Source: an uncultured Clostridia bacterium (lineage in GTDB: Bacteria; Bacillota; Clostridia; TANB77; CAG-508). From it: DNA of 64,000 bases. Positions 50,440 to 60,918 of the stretch are shown here, piece after piece. Both the position numbers and the translations under genes were made by a program. The stretch covers positions 12,309-76,308 of the forward strand of contig CALXFE010000003.1 of NCBI GenBank assembly GCA_944387545.1, read 5' to 3'. The notes under the pieces are model-generated. The model was not told the origin of the DNA and searched no databases. It saw only the letters and a list, made by a program, of their open reading frames with translations. The first letter of the stretch is position 1, and each line of letters starts with the position of its first letter.

Positions 50440-51009
50440 TTGAAAGAAAGGAATGAAAACAACATGAATAAAAAAATCGTTATTATTTTTACTGTTTTAT
50501 TAATTATAATATTAGTAGGAGGATATTGTATTATCAATTATTTTAAAGGTCAAGAGGAAACAACGATAGAAGAATATACACCAGAAGAGGAAATTACAGA
50601 AGAACAAAATCGACAAACCATTGTCAGTTTATATTTCTTAGAAAAAGATACAAAAGAATTAGCACCTGAAGCAAGATTAGTGGATATTAAGGAAATTATA
50701 AATCAACCATATGATAAATTGGTAAACATGTTAATCGAAGGCCCTAAAAATGAAAAGTATGAAAAGTTAATTCCAGACAATACAAAATTAAATCAAACAT
50801 ATAAAGAGAACGATACGGTTTATTTAGATTTTTCAAGTGAGTTTTTAAACTATAACAAAGAAGATATTCAGGTAAAAGAAAATATGATTAATAGCTTGGT
50901 TAAGACTTTAACACAACTTACAGAAATAAATTCAATTAAAATCTTAATTGATGGGCAAGAAAATGAAGCATTTGCTGAAGTGTATCGTTTGGAGCAAAAA
51001 GAATCATAA
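50440..51009 (+). CDS. GerMN-domain (GerM-like) sporulation/germination lipoprotein-like protein
   Basis: TM or signal segment, then VSLYFLEKDTKELAPEARLV...LIEGPKN...VYLDFSSEF...IKILIDGQ. Confidence 0.7.
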   Translation: MKERNENNMNKKIVIIFTVLLIIILVGGYCIINYFKGQEETTIEEYTPEEEITEEQNRQTIVSLYFLEKDTKELAPEARLVDIKEIINQPYDKLVNMLIEGPKNEKYEKLIPDNTKLNQTYKENDTVYLDFSSEFLNYNKEDIQVKENMINSLVKTLTQLTEINSIKILIDGQENEAFAEVYRLEQKES

Positions 51010-51140
51010 AAAATGAAATTATAAAGTGGGTTCATTATTAAAATTAAAAATCGTAAAATTATACAATTATAAAATTGTATAATTTTAAAATTGTAAAACT
51101 GTGAAATCATACAACTTAAAAATTGTAAATAAAATATTGA

Positions 51141-51323
51141 TTATTTTAAAATTTTGTACAATTTAATATATTTAATAAATCTGTTAAAATGATTTAAAAA
51201 ATATTCAACATCATGTAAAGATTTTAAGGTATTATCTTTACAGCATTTAAAGTTAAATTTCTTTTTTGGAGGTGGACATTTTCCGCCTCTGTTTTCGATG
51301 GGTCTAATGATTTTTTTCTCCAT
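51141..51323 (-). CDS. Small basic hypothetical protein, 60 aa
   Basis: A GAGGTG RBS lies 5 nt upstream of the ATG. I recognise no family. Confidence 0.4.
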   Translation of the reverse strand: MEKKIIRPIENRGGKCPPPKKKFNFKCCKDNTLKSLHDVEYFLNHFNRFIKYIKLYKILK

Positions 51324-51519
51324 AAAATCACCTCGATAAAATAATGGTTATATGATATAGTATATGTAAAAAATCGGTATATGTTAAAAATTTGCAAACA
51401 TTATGTAAATATGTTACAATAGGACAAATAGAAGAAAAAATCAGTTATATAAATGTATGTATGTTTATAGGATTGGCAATATATTATAGAAAAATAGGGA
51501 GATTAAAAAAGAATAAAAA

Positions 51520-52269
51520 ATGAAAGAAAATGTAGAAATAAAAGAAAATGAAAGAATTGATGACTTAGAATATAAAGGCTTAAAGATTATTCAAAATAAA
51601 GAAGGATTTTGCTTTGGAATCGATAGCATATTACTTTCAGACTTTGCAAAAAATATAAAGAAAGGAGCAAGGGTACTAGATTTAGGAACAGGGACAGGCA
51701 TTATTGCGACTTTATTATGTGGAAAAACAGAGCTATCTGAAATGATCGGCATTGAAATTCAAAAAGAAGTATACGATATGGCAAAAAGAAGTATTAGATT
51801 AAATCATTTAGAAAATAAATTTAAAATAATACAAGATAATATTATAAATTTAAATAACTATTTTAAGAAAAATACATTTGATGTAATTGTTACAAATCCA
51901 CCATATAAAAAGAAGGAAACCGGCGTGCAAAATGAAGATACACGAAAATTGATTTCTAGGCATGAGATAGAAGCAAATTTGGAGGATTTTATAAAGATTT
52001 CTAAAGATATGTTAAAAGATAGGGGAGAACTATATATTGTGCATAGGCCGGAAAGACTAGTAGACATATTATCAATCATGCGAAAATATAAAATAGAGCC
52101 TAAAAAAATGAGATTTGTTTATGCAAATATAAAAGCTATGCCAAAATTAGTTTTAATACAAGGAATCAAAAATGCAAAACCATTTCTAAAAGTAGAGAGC
52201 AATTTATATATTTATAATGAAAATGGGGCGTATACAGACGAAATTTTAAAAATCTATCATAAAAAATAA
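51520..52269 (+). CDS. SAM-dependent N6-adenine methyltransferase of the tRNA1(Val)/YfiC-TrmN6 type
   Basis: SAM-binding site VLDLGTGTGI and catalytic NPPY (VTNPPYKK). Confidence 0.75.
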   Translation: MKENVEIKENERIDDLEYKGLKIIQNKEGFCFGIDSILLSDFAKNIKKGARVLDLGTGTGIIATLLCGKTELSEMIGIEIQKEVYDMAKRSIRLNHLENKFKIIQDNIINLNNYFKKNTFDVIVTNPPYKKKETGVQNEDTRKLISRHEIEANLEDFIKISKDMLKDRGELYIVHRPERLVDILSIMRKYKIEPKKMRFVYANIKAMPKLVLIQGIKNAKPFLKVESNLYIYNENGAYTDEILKIYHKK

Positions 52270-52381
52270 TATACACAATGGAAGATAATGGTATGTTACA
52301 TATTATAGAGATTTCAAAGTAATGAATCGATATTAATAAATGAATGGATTCATTTTAAACGAAAAAGGGAAGGATAAATAG

Positions 52382-53227
52382 ATGAAAGAAATAAATTCAA
52401 AAGAAACAGGAACATTATATATTGTTGCAACACCAATAGGAAATTTAGAAGATATGACACTAAGAGCGATAAAGATATTAAAGGATATAGATGTAATTGC
52501 AGCAGAAGATACAAGACACACCTTAAAGTTATTAAATCATTTTGACATATCAAAACCATTAATGAGTTATCACAGACATAATGAAGATGTCAAAACAGAT
52601 ATTTTAATCAAAGAATTAAAGGCAGGGAAAAATATAGCACTTGTTTCTGATGCAGGAACTCCTGGAATTTGTGACCCAGGAGAAGAGGTTATTAGAAAAT
52701 GTATAGAAGAGAAGATAACCATTGTGCCAATTCCAGGAGCTTGTGCAATGATTAATGCGTTAATCTGTTCAGGGTTAGATACAAAAGAATTTGTGTTTAT
52801 GGGATTTTTACCATTAAATAAAAAAAATAGAAAAGAAAAGTTAACAGAAATAGAAAATATAACGAAAACAGTAATTTTATATGAGGCGCCACACAAACTT
52901 GAAACAACCTTAAAAGATTTAAAAGAAATACTGGGAAATCGAAAAATTGTATTAGCAAGAGAATTAACTAAAATTCATGAGGAATACATGAGAGAAGATA
53001 TAGATACATTAATAGAAAAAGCAAAAGAGATAAAAGGGGAAATGGTTTTAATATTAGAAGGTGCACAAAAGAAAGAAGAAAACCATTTAATGACTTTATC
53101 ACTAGAAGAACATTACCAATATTATCAAGATCAAGGTTTAGGGAAAAAAGAAATTATTAAACAGATTGCAAAAGACAGAAATGTTAATAAAAATGAAATT
53201 TATCAACAATTTATAAATAAAAAATAG
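52382..53227 (+). CDS. rsmI: 16S rRNA C1402 2'-O-methyltransferase RsmI
   Basis: GTLYIVATPIGNLEDMTLRAIKILKDIDVIAAEDTRHT. Confidence 0.9.
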   Translation: MKEINSKETGTLYIVATPIGNLEDMTLRAIKILKDIDVIAAEDTRHTLKLLNHFDISKPLMSYHRHNEDVKTDILIKELKAGKNIALVSDAGTPGICDPGEEVIRKCIEEKITIVPIPGACAMINALICSGLDTKEFVFMGFLPLNKKNRKEKLTEIENITKTVILYEAPHKLETTLKDLKEILGNRKIVLARELTKIHEEYMREDIDTLIEKAKEIKGEMVLILEGAQKKEENHLMTLSLEEHYQYYQDQGLGKKEIIKQIAKDRNVNKNEIYQQFINKK

Positions 53228-53252
53228 AACCAAATAGGTAAGAGAAATACTC

Positions 53253-53507
53253 TTACTTATTTGGTTTTAATTTTCCTATATTTTTTGAACATTCTTCACA
53301 AATTAATTTATCATTATAACTAATTAAATTTTCAGTATTTCCACAAAAAATACAATTTGGTTCATATTTTTTTAATACAATTGATGAGCCATCAACATAT
53401 ATTTCAATAGGATCTTTTTCAGCAATGTTAAATTGATTTCTGATTTCTATAGGAATAACAACTCTTCCTAATTCATCTACTTTTCTGACAATTCCTGTTG
53501 ATTTCAT
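53253..53507 (-). CDS. abrB: AbrB/SpoVT-family transition-state regulator
   Basis: MKSTGIVRKVDELGRVVIPIEIR is a swapped-hairpin SpoVT-AbrB domain. The protein has a Cys-rich tail. Confidence 0.85.
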   Translation of the reverse strand: MKSTGIVRKVDELGRVVIPIEIRNQFNIAEKDPIEIYVDGSSIVLKKYEPNCIFCGNTENLISYNDKLICEECSKNIGKLKPNK

Positions 53508-53627
53508 AGATTATCCCCCCTTAAAAAGTTAAATTACAATCCTATATACATTGTTACTATATCACAAATGCAAGGTTAGGTCAATTAAAAAGTAATAAAA
53601 AATTGATAATAGAATAAAATTATTTAG

Positions 53628-54230
53628 GTGATGGATTTGTTAAACTTAGTTTGGCCAATTTTTATAATAATATCATTTGCTTATGCAATTTTTTCGGGAA
53701 ATCTAGAAAATTTAAATACCAGTATATTTGAAAGTGTTGAAAATGCTGTAAATTTAAGCATAACCATGTTAGGAACCATGTGTTTATGGAGTGGCATTAT
53801 TCATATTGCTAACAATACAAGAATCATTCAGGCAATTCATAAATTATTAAAACCAGTTATTCATTTTCTTTTTCCAGAAATAAAAGAAAATAAAAAAGCA
53901 CAAAATGAAATTTCTATGAACATGGTGGCCAATATTTTAGGATTAGGAAATGCTGCAACACCATTGGGATTAAAAGCGATGGAGACACTACAGAAAGACA
54001 ATAAAAATAAAAAAGAGTTAAGTAATTCTATGATAATGTTAATTGTATTAAATACAGCTTCCATTCAGATAATTCCTACAACGATTATAGCTATAAGAAG
54101 TTCTTTAGGCTCAGAAAATCCTACTTCTATTATTTTTCCTGTATGGATTGCAACGATTTGCGCAGGAGTAGCAGGAATCACCATAACAAAATTATTCATT
54201 AAGTATTCTAACAAAAGGGAGAAAACATGA
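53628..54230 (+). CDS. spmA: Spore maturation protein A
   Basis: Nucleoside-recognition-type membrane protein paired with spmB. Confidence 0.8.
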   Translation: MMDLLNLVWPIFIIISFAYAIFSGNLENLNTSIFESVENAVNLSITMLGTMCLWSGIIHIANNTRIIQAIHKLLKPVIHFLFPEIKENKKAQNEISMNMVANILGLGNAATPLGLKAMETLQKDNKNKKELSNSMIMLIVLNTASIQIIPTTIIAIRSSLGSENPTSIIFPVWIATICAGVAGITITKLFIKYSNKREKT

Positions 54231-54757
54231 TAGAATTCATTAATTTTATATCCAATTTGGCAATGCCATTGATTATATTAATCATTGTAATATATGGTTT
54301 TATTGAAAAAAAAGAAGTTTTTGATAAATTCATAGAAGGTGCAAAAGATGGGATAAAAATTGTAATTAATATATTTCCAACTTTAATAGGTTTGTTTTTA
54401 GCTGTAGGAGCATTAAGAAGTTCTGGTATCATTGATATAGCAATAAAACTAATTGATCCCATATTACATTTAGTAAACTTTCCAAGTGAAATTATGCCAC
54501 TTGCCATTCTACGACCAATTTCAGGAAGCAGTTCAATTGCAATTGCAACAGATATCATGAAAACCTTTGGCGTAGATAGCCAAATAGGAATCATGGCATC
54601 TGTTATCATGGGGGCAACAGAAACAACTTTATATACAATAGCAGTCTATTCATCAAGTGTAAAAATAAAGAAGACAAGATTTGTATTAATTGCCGCATTA
54701 ACCGCAGATATTGTTGGAATAATAACAAGTATAGTGGTTTGTCGTTTTTTGTCGTAA
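54227..54757 (+). CDS. spmB: Spore maturation protein B
   Basis: Overlaps spmA by 4 nt and has the typical membrane profile. Confidence 0.8.
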   Translation: MIEFINFISNLAMPLIILIIVIYGFIEKKEVFDKFIEGAKDGIKIVINIFPTLIGLFLAVGALRSSGIIDIAIKLIDPILHLVNFPSEIMPLAILRPISGSSSIAIATDIMKTFGVDSQIGIMASVIMGATETTLYTIAVYSSSVKIKKTRFVLIAALTADIVGIITSIVVCRFLS

Positions 54758-54764
54758 AGTTTTT

Positions 54765-54794
54765 CTTGACAATATTTAACATATACTGTATAAT
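54765..54794 (+). promoter_or_regulatory. Near-consensus promoter in the spmB-rlmH spacer
   Basis: TTGACA (54765-54770), an 18-nt spacer, then TG-TATAAT (54787-54794). Confidence 0.55.
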
Positions 54795-54826
54795 AATGGA
54801 AATTGATTCAGTAAGGACATTTATAT

Positions 54827-54961
54827 ATGTTATTAAAAATCTTAATATTTATTTCAATATTTTTTATGATAAGAAGCATAATGATTAAAGTTTTATTAAA
54901 CAGACTGTTAAATTCTAAAACAAATTCAATAAAACAAAAAACAAATAAAAAAGTAAAGTAA
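54827..54961 (+). CDS. Candidate 44-aa small membrane peptide MLLKILIFISIFFMIRSIMIKVLLNRLLNSKTNSIKQKTNKKVK
   Basis: An AAGGA RBS lies 9 nt upstream and the promoter lies 33 nt upstream. One hydrophobic helix is followed by a basic tail. Confidence 0.35.
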   Translation: MLLKILIFISIFFMIRSIMIKVLLNRLLNSKTNSIKQKTNKKVK

Positions 54962-55264
54962 ATAAAAACATAAAATATACATATGTGAAAGAAGAAAAGT
55001 ATATATTGACTATATAATTATATTTGAATCAACTAACTCAGTTTTTAAATTTGTAGAGGAAATAACAATTCCCCCATAATTAGTATTTAAAAAAATTTTT
55101 GCCCCTATATTATATTTTAAATATTTTTTTTCTAGTTATTTTCTCTACAATAAAATATAAAATAATAAATAATAAATAATAAATATTAAATCTAATATTA
55201 ATATAAAATAATAAAAATAAAATAATGAATTTATATAAAATGATAAATTCGTTTAAAATACGGT

Positions 55265-55744
55265 TTATCTATGATAAGTTTCACCATGAGATATTTTAAA
55301 GCCTCTAAAGATTTGTTCTAACAAAAATACACGAATTAATTGATGGGGAAAAGTCATTTTTGAAAAACAAATTTTTTGATGAGCTTTTTTTAATATATCA
55401 GAAGAAAGACCTAAAGAGCCCCCAATGACAAAAGTAACAGAACTTGTTTCTAATGATAAATTTTCAATATTTTTAGAAAATTGTTCAGAAGAAAGCTCTT
55501 TACCAGTTAAGTCTAAACAAATGATATAGGAATCTTTCTTTATGTGATTTAAAATATTATCAGATTCTTTCTTTTTTATTTCATTCGCAATGTTTTCATT
55601 TAATTTATCTGGTATTTTTTCATCAGGCAATTCTAAAATTGTTAGTTTACAGTATTTACTTAATCGTTTGGCATATTCTTTTATGGCATCTTTCAAATAG
55701 TTCTCTTTAATTTTTCCAATACATACAATATGAATATTTAACAT
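55265..55744 (-). CDS. rlmH: 23S rRNA m3-pseudouridine1915 methyltransferase RlmH
   Basis: 159-aa SPOUT-family protein with C-terminus ...LEQIFRGFKISHGETYH. Confidence 0.9.
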   Translation of the reverse strand: MLNIHIVCIGKIKENYLKDAIKEYAKRLSKYCKLTILELPDEKIPDKLNENIANEIKKKESDNILNHIKKDSYIICLDLTGKELSSEQFSKNIENLSLETSSVTFVIGGSLGLSSDILKKAHQKICFSKMTFPHQLIRVFLLEQIFRGFKISHGETYHR

Positions 55745-55807
55745 TTTAGACTCCTCTTTATATAAAAAATGATGAACTTTAAGATACGCTCAAAGTCCAT
55801 CTAAAGG

Positions 55808-56597
55808 TTAAATCGTTACGAATTTACTATGGGTATCTCTACCTGCAACAGATAAGGATAAAGCATTTTCATTATAATTATTGGCGATTAATTCTTCAAC
55901 TACAGTTTTATAAGCAAGTTCAGGAAAATTACTTTCTTTACTTAAATGGCCAAGCATTGCTTTTTTTAAACCTGACTTTAATAAGAAAGAAATTGTCTTT
56001 CCAGCTAGTTCATTTGACAAATGTCCGAGATGGTCCAGCAATTCTAGACTTTAGAGAAAATGGATAAGATGAATATTTTAATACCTCAGGATCATAATTT
56101 GATTCTAGCATAACAAATAAACTTTCTTCTAAATTTTTTAAAATGTCATTTGTCATATGTCCAATGTCTGTTGCAATACTAATTTTCTTATTATCATTCA
56201 ATATGGTAAATCCACAAGGATTCGCCGCGTCATGAGGGATTGAAAATGGATTGATATCTAAATCCCCTATAGAAAATTTTTCTGAAACTTTAAATTTTTT
56301 AATATTTTTATCTGCAATTTTATCTCTTTGTTTTGGCATAGCATCTAATGTTTCTTGATTAACAAATACAGGTAAGTCAAATTTTTTAGAAAAGGTTCCT
56401 AATCCTTGTACATGGTCAGAATGTTCATGCGTAATTAAGATACCATCTAAAGAATTAGGATCAACATGAATATCATTTAAAGCCTTTTCAATTTTTTTAC
56501 TACTGACACCTGCATCTACTAATAGCTTTGTATGGTCTGTTTCAACAAATAAGCTATTTCCACTACTTCCACTATATAAACTACAAAAATTTAGCAT
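55808..56597 (-). CDS. YycJ/WalJ-like MBL-fold hydrolase, which needs a +1 frame change at CGG (56027-56025)
   Basis: ORF 56010-56597 carries HEHSDH. Frame 0 reads ...RIAGPS-CGG-TFVK-stop. Skipping C56027 gives ...SRIAGPSGHLSNELAGK..., continuous with ORF 55808-56041. GHLSNE is the conserved family motif. Confidence 0.85.
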
Positions 56598-56621
56598 AAT
56601 TTATCGATCTCTTTCCTTTGT

Positions 56622-57881
56622 TTATTCATTTACTCTTTGGATATTGGCACCTATTTTTCTGAATTTTTCTTCAATATTTTCATATCCTCTATCAATATGA
56701 TCTAAGTTATAGATTTCTGTTATACCTTCAGCAGCAGTACCAGCAATAACTAAGGCTGCGCCTGCTCTTAAATCAGAAGAATATACAGGTGCACCATATA
56801 ATTTTTTCACACCTTCAAAGAAGGCAGTTTTTCCTTGAGCCGTAATTTTTGCGCCCATTTTATTTAATTCTTCTGTATATTGGAATCTAGAATCCCATAT
56901 ACTTTCATTGATTGTACTTGTCCCATTAGCAAGTGATAAAACAACACCCATCTGTGGTTGTAAATCTGTAGGAAAACCAGGATATGGCAATGTTTTTATT
57001 GTTGCTCTATTTGGTCTTTTATTACACCAAACACGGATGCTATCACCATTATCTTCAATATTACCACCAATTTCAATAATTTTCGCAGTAACAGATTCTA
57101 AATGCTTTGTAATACAATTTTTTATTAATAAATCACCCTTTGTTGCAACAGCTGCAAGCATAAAAGTACCTGCTTCAATTTGGTCAGGAACAACAGAATA
57201 AGTGGCATTTCCATGTAGTTTTTCAACACCATTAATTTTTATAACATCTGTACCAGCACCTCTAATATCAGCACCCATTGTGTTTAAAAAGTTTGCAACA
57301 TCTACAATATGTGGTTCTTTAGCAGCATTATCAATGATGGTTGTTCCGTTAGCTAGTACAGCAGAAAGCATAACATTTATAGTGGCGCCTACTGATACAA
57401 CGTCCATATAAATAGGACAACCTTTTAATTTTTTAGCTTTTGCATAAATTTTACCTTTTTCTACAGTAACATTTGCGCCTAATAATTCAAAACCTTTTAT
57501 ATGTTGGTCAATTGGTCTAGCACCTAATTTACAACCACCAGGCATACCGACTTCAATTTCACCTTTTCTGCTAAGCATAGCACCAATTATGTAATAAGAA
57601 GCTCTAAATTTACTTGTTAAATCTAAAGGTGCTTTCGTTGTGGTTATATTTGATGTATCAACTGTTATACTATGTTCGTCATTCCAAGTGATTTTGGCAC
57701 CTAATTTTTCTAATATTGTACAAGATATTTTTATATCACTTATATTTGGTAGATTTTCTATAGTACATACACCATCAATTAAAAGTGTGGCTGGTAAAAT
57801 AGCTACAGCAGCATTTTTTGCTCCACTTATTGTCACCTCGCCTTTTAAAGGTGTAGGTCCTTTTACAACTAATTTTTCCAA
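56622..57881 (-). CDS. murA: UDP-N-acetylglucosamine 1-carboxyvinyltransferase
   Basis: 419 aa with the active-site loop PGGCKLGARPID. Confidence 0.95.
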   Translation of the reverse strand: MEKLVVKGPTPLKGEVTISGAKNAAVAILPATLLIDGVCTIENLPNISDIKISCTILEKLGAKITWNDEHSITVDTSNITTTKAPLDLTSKFRASYYIIGAMLSRKGEIEVGMPGGCKLGARPIDQHIKGFELLGANVTVEKGKIYAKAKKLKGCPIYMDVVSVGATINVMLSAVLANGTTIIDNAAKEPHIVDVANFLNTMGADIRGAGTDVIKINGVEKLHGNATYSVVPDQIEAGTFMLAAVATKGDLLIKNCITKHLESVTAKIIEIGGNIEDNGDSIRVWCNKRPNRATIKTLPYPGFPTDLQPQMGVVLSLANGTSTINESIWDSRFQYTEELNKMGAKITAQGKTAFFEGVKKLYGAPVYSSDLRAGAALVIAGTAAEGITEIYNLDHIDRGYENIEEKFRKIGANIQRVNE

Positions 57882-57990
57882 TTTATATTACCCCCAATAT
57901 ATGAATTTGATTAATACAAAAATAAAATAGAGTGTATAGCATAACACTCTATTACATTATAAATATATCATAAAGTGGAACGTATTGCAA

Positions 57991-58656
57991 CTATTTTTTA
58001 GCAGTTATTAGACCAGTATTATTAAGAAATTCTAATATTTTAAATTTGAGCTTAATATTTAAACTATCATTATCAGAGACAATGGCAAATTCTTCATCAT
58101 TTAAGGAGTTTTCTAAATCTTCCTTAGATTCTTCAGGAACAACGCCAGAAGATACATCTGTAAAACATAGTGGAGGGAACATGACACACCACCAATTTTG
58201 TCCTTTGGCTTCACCTATTTCTACCCTTAAAGCATCATAGTACCCAGCAGGAAGTGAAATATCACCATAATGTTTTGTAGGAAATTCAAAATTACCAATG
58301 CGCACATTAACAGAATAATCAAATCCCTCATTTTTAATTGTATCTAAAGCAATTTTTTTAAAAGTTTCAATATTTTGTTGTGCAATAAGAATGGCTTCTT
58401 CTTTGGTAGAGCAATCTGCACATAATGTATTCATATATTCTAGTAAGTTATCTCTAACAATATACTTTAAATTTTGATCAATCTCCGTATCACTGTTAGC
58501 AATAACATGGAGTCTAAAAACAGAATTCGAAATATCGGTAGATATATAATTAGCATAAGAAACGGCACAGATGCTTGTATATACAAAAAGTAGAAAAGCT
58601 AAAATAATTACCATTTTTACCTTGGAATTTTTAAATAGATTTAAAATTTTTTTCAT
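57991..58656 (-). CDS. spoIIR: Stage II sporulation protein R
   Basis: FRLHVIANSD...QNWWCVMFPPLCF. Confidence 0.85.
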   Translation of the reverse strand: MKKILNLFKNSKVKMVIILAFLLFVYTSICAVSYANYISTDISNSVFRLHVIANSDTEIDQNLKYIVRDNLLEYMNTLCADCSTKEEAILIAQQNIETFKKIALDTIKNEGFDYSVNVRIGNFEFPTKHYGDISLPAGYYDALRVEIGEAKGQNWWCVMFPPLCFTDVSSGVVPEESKEDLENSLNDEEFAIVSDNDSLNIKLKFKILEFLNNTGLITAKK

Positions 58657-58867
58657 AAGTTACCTCCAATAAACTTTTTTTCTAAAATATTCTTTAAGAT
58701 AAGTATTAACAAAATAAGAAAAAATATACATTGTCGAAAAAAAACGATGGATTTTCATTGAAATATGATTGACATATTTGTAACAAAATGGTAAAATTTA
58801 CCAGTAAACAAAATTAAGAAATGCAGAATTCCGTATAATTATATAAGTTTGAAAGGAATGTGTTATA

Positions 58868-59332
58868 ATGGAAAATTTAACAAAAGAAAAAATTTGTGCA
58901 TTTTATGCAAGTGATTATCATTTTGAAATGATAAGTTTACCTTATATTAGTAAAAGTATAGATGAAAATAAAAAGATTATTATTTTAACAGAAAACAATT
59001 TAGAAGATACTGTACATACATTAATAGAAAGAATGAATTTAAAACAAGTGAAAAGAAATCAAATATTAAAATTAAATTGGAAAAATGATGATCTAGAAAA
59101 ATTTAAAGAAATCAGCAAAAATAGCAAAGAAAATAAAAACATGGTTATATTTATTAAAGGAAAAGAAAATTATATAGACAATATCAATAAAAATATAGAA
59201 AAATGGGTGGAAGATAAACAGAATATAAAGATAATCAATTGTTATGAATTTTATGAAATAGAAAATAAAATAGAACGTATAGCAGAACAATATGATAAAA
59301 TTTTAGGAACATCTGGTAAAATAGAGATATAA
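58868..59332 (+). CDS. Hypothetical protein, 154 aa
   Basis: The ORF alone. I recognise no family. Confidence 0.4.
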   Translation: MENLTKEKICAFYASDYHFEMISLPYISKSIDENKKIIILTENNLEDTVHTLIERMNLKQVKRNQILKLNWKNDDLEKFKEISKNSKENKNMVIFIKGKENYIDNINKNIEKWVEDKQNIKIINCYEFYEIENKIERIAEQYDKILGTSGKIEI

Positions 59333-59435
59333 TAAGAAAAAAGGACATAAAATGACAGGTAAAAATATTATCTGTCAATAATTGACTTAGAGTAAATTAT
59401 GGTGTAATATAGGTATGATGAAAAAATAGGAAAGG

Positions 59436-60695
59436 ATGAAATTTATGGATATAAGATTAGATGAAGTAGAGGCTATACTAAAAAAATATGGTCAAGAACA
59501 TTTATTAAATCATTATGATAAACTAGATGAAAGAAAAAAAGAAGAATTATTAGAACAAATTGCCAATATTGATTTTGAACTTGTAAACAATTTATATAAT
59601 AGTACCAAACAACAAAAAACAAATAATCATGACAAAATAACGCCAATAGATTATTTAGATAAATTTAAATTAAATGACAAATATAAATATTATGAAGCAA
59701 TAGGAAAAAAAGCAATTAAGGAAGGAAAATTAGCAGCGGTTACAATGGCAGGTGGACAAGGTACTAGATTAGGGCATACAGGGCCAAAAGGAACTTATGA
59801 CATTGGATTAGATTCACACAAATCTTTATTTGAATTATTATGTGATAATTTAAAAGAAGAGGGAAAAAAATACGGTGTTATCATACCTTGGTTTATTATG
59901 ACAAGTAAAGAAAACAACAAACAAACAGTTGAATTTTTTGAAAAACATAAATATTTTGGATATCAAAAAAATAAAAATATATTTTTCTTTGAACAAGGCG
60001 AACTACCAATGATGGACACAGAAGGTAAGATATTAATTGGTGAAGATGGATTAATAAAACTAGCGGCTGATGGACATGGGGGAATCTATGAATCATTAGT
60101 AAAAACACATATGACCAAGAAAATGAGAGAACTAGGTGTTGAATGGGTATTTATTGGTGGAGTAGATAACTGTTTAGTAAAAATGGTAGATCCTGTTCTT
60201 ATGGGAATTGCCATTGATAAAAAAGTAACGGTCGCTTGTAAATCAGTAGTAAAAGCAAATCCTCATGAAAAAGTAGGGGTATTTTGTAGAAGAAATGGTA
60301 GACCAAATGTAATAGAATATTCAGAAATAACAGATGAAATGGCAGAAGCAACAGATGAAAATGGAGAATTATTATATGGTGAATCACATATTTTATGCAA
60401 CTTATTTAGTATTGATGCTATAGAAAGAATGGGATCAGAACCATTACCATACCATGTTGCATTCAAAAAAGCAAAATATATTGATAAAGATGGAAACTTA
60501 GTCGTACCAGATTCTCCAAATGCCTATAAGTTTGAAGCATTTCTATTTGATGCTTTTGGAGAAGTAGATGATATGGCAGTTTTAAGAGTAAAAAGAGAAG
60601 AAGAATTTGCACCAGTAAAAAATGCTGATTCAGCAGGTGTGGATTGCCCTAAGACTGCAAGAGAATTATATAAGAAATTTTATCATTTAGACTAA
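59436..60695 (+). CDS. UDPGP-family UDP-sugar/UDP-GlcNAc pyrophosphorylase
   Basis: MAGGQGTRLGHTGPKGTY nucleotide-binding loop, 419 aa. Confidence 0.8.
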   Translation: MKFMDIRLDEVEAILKKYGQEHLLNHYDKLDERKKEELLEQIANIDFELVNNLYNSTKQQKTNNHDKITPIDYLDKFKLNDKYKYYEAIGKKAIKEGKLAAVTMAGGQGTRLGHTGPKGTYDIGLDSHKSLFELLCDNLKEEGKKYGVIIPWFIMTSKENNKQTVEFFEKHKYFGYQKNKNIFFFEQGELPMMDTEGKILIGEDGLIKLAADGHGGIYESLVKTHMTKKMRELGVEWVFIGGVDNCLVKMVDPVLMGIAIDKKVTVACKSVVKANPHEKVGVFCRRNGRPNVIEYSEITDEMAEATDENGELLYGESHILCNLFSIDAIERMGSEPLPYHVAFKKAKYIDKDGNLVVPDSPNAYKFEAFLFDAFGEVDDMAVLRVKREEEFAPVKNADSAGVDCPKTARELYKKFYHLD

Positions 60696-60918
60696 AATAA
60701 TGAGTTTGAAAAGAGGATCCCATTCGGGGTCCTCTTACGACATAGATGGAAGATACGCATTGGATTGTGCTTTGCTTTTGTTGATTTGTAATCTATAACA
60801 AGAAAATAACAAAGTATATATTAAAATTTTCACAAATCGCTTTCTTTATTATATATTTTGTGATACGATAACATAGAATGAATAAGAAAAATTCAACAAA
60901 GAAAAAGGAGGTTATTAT

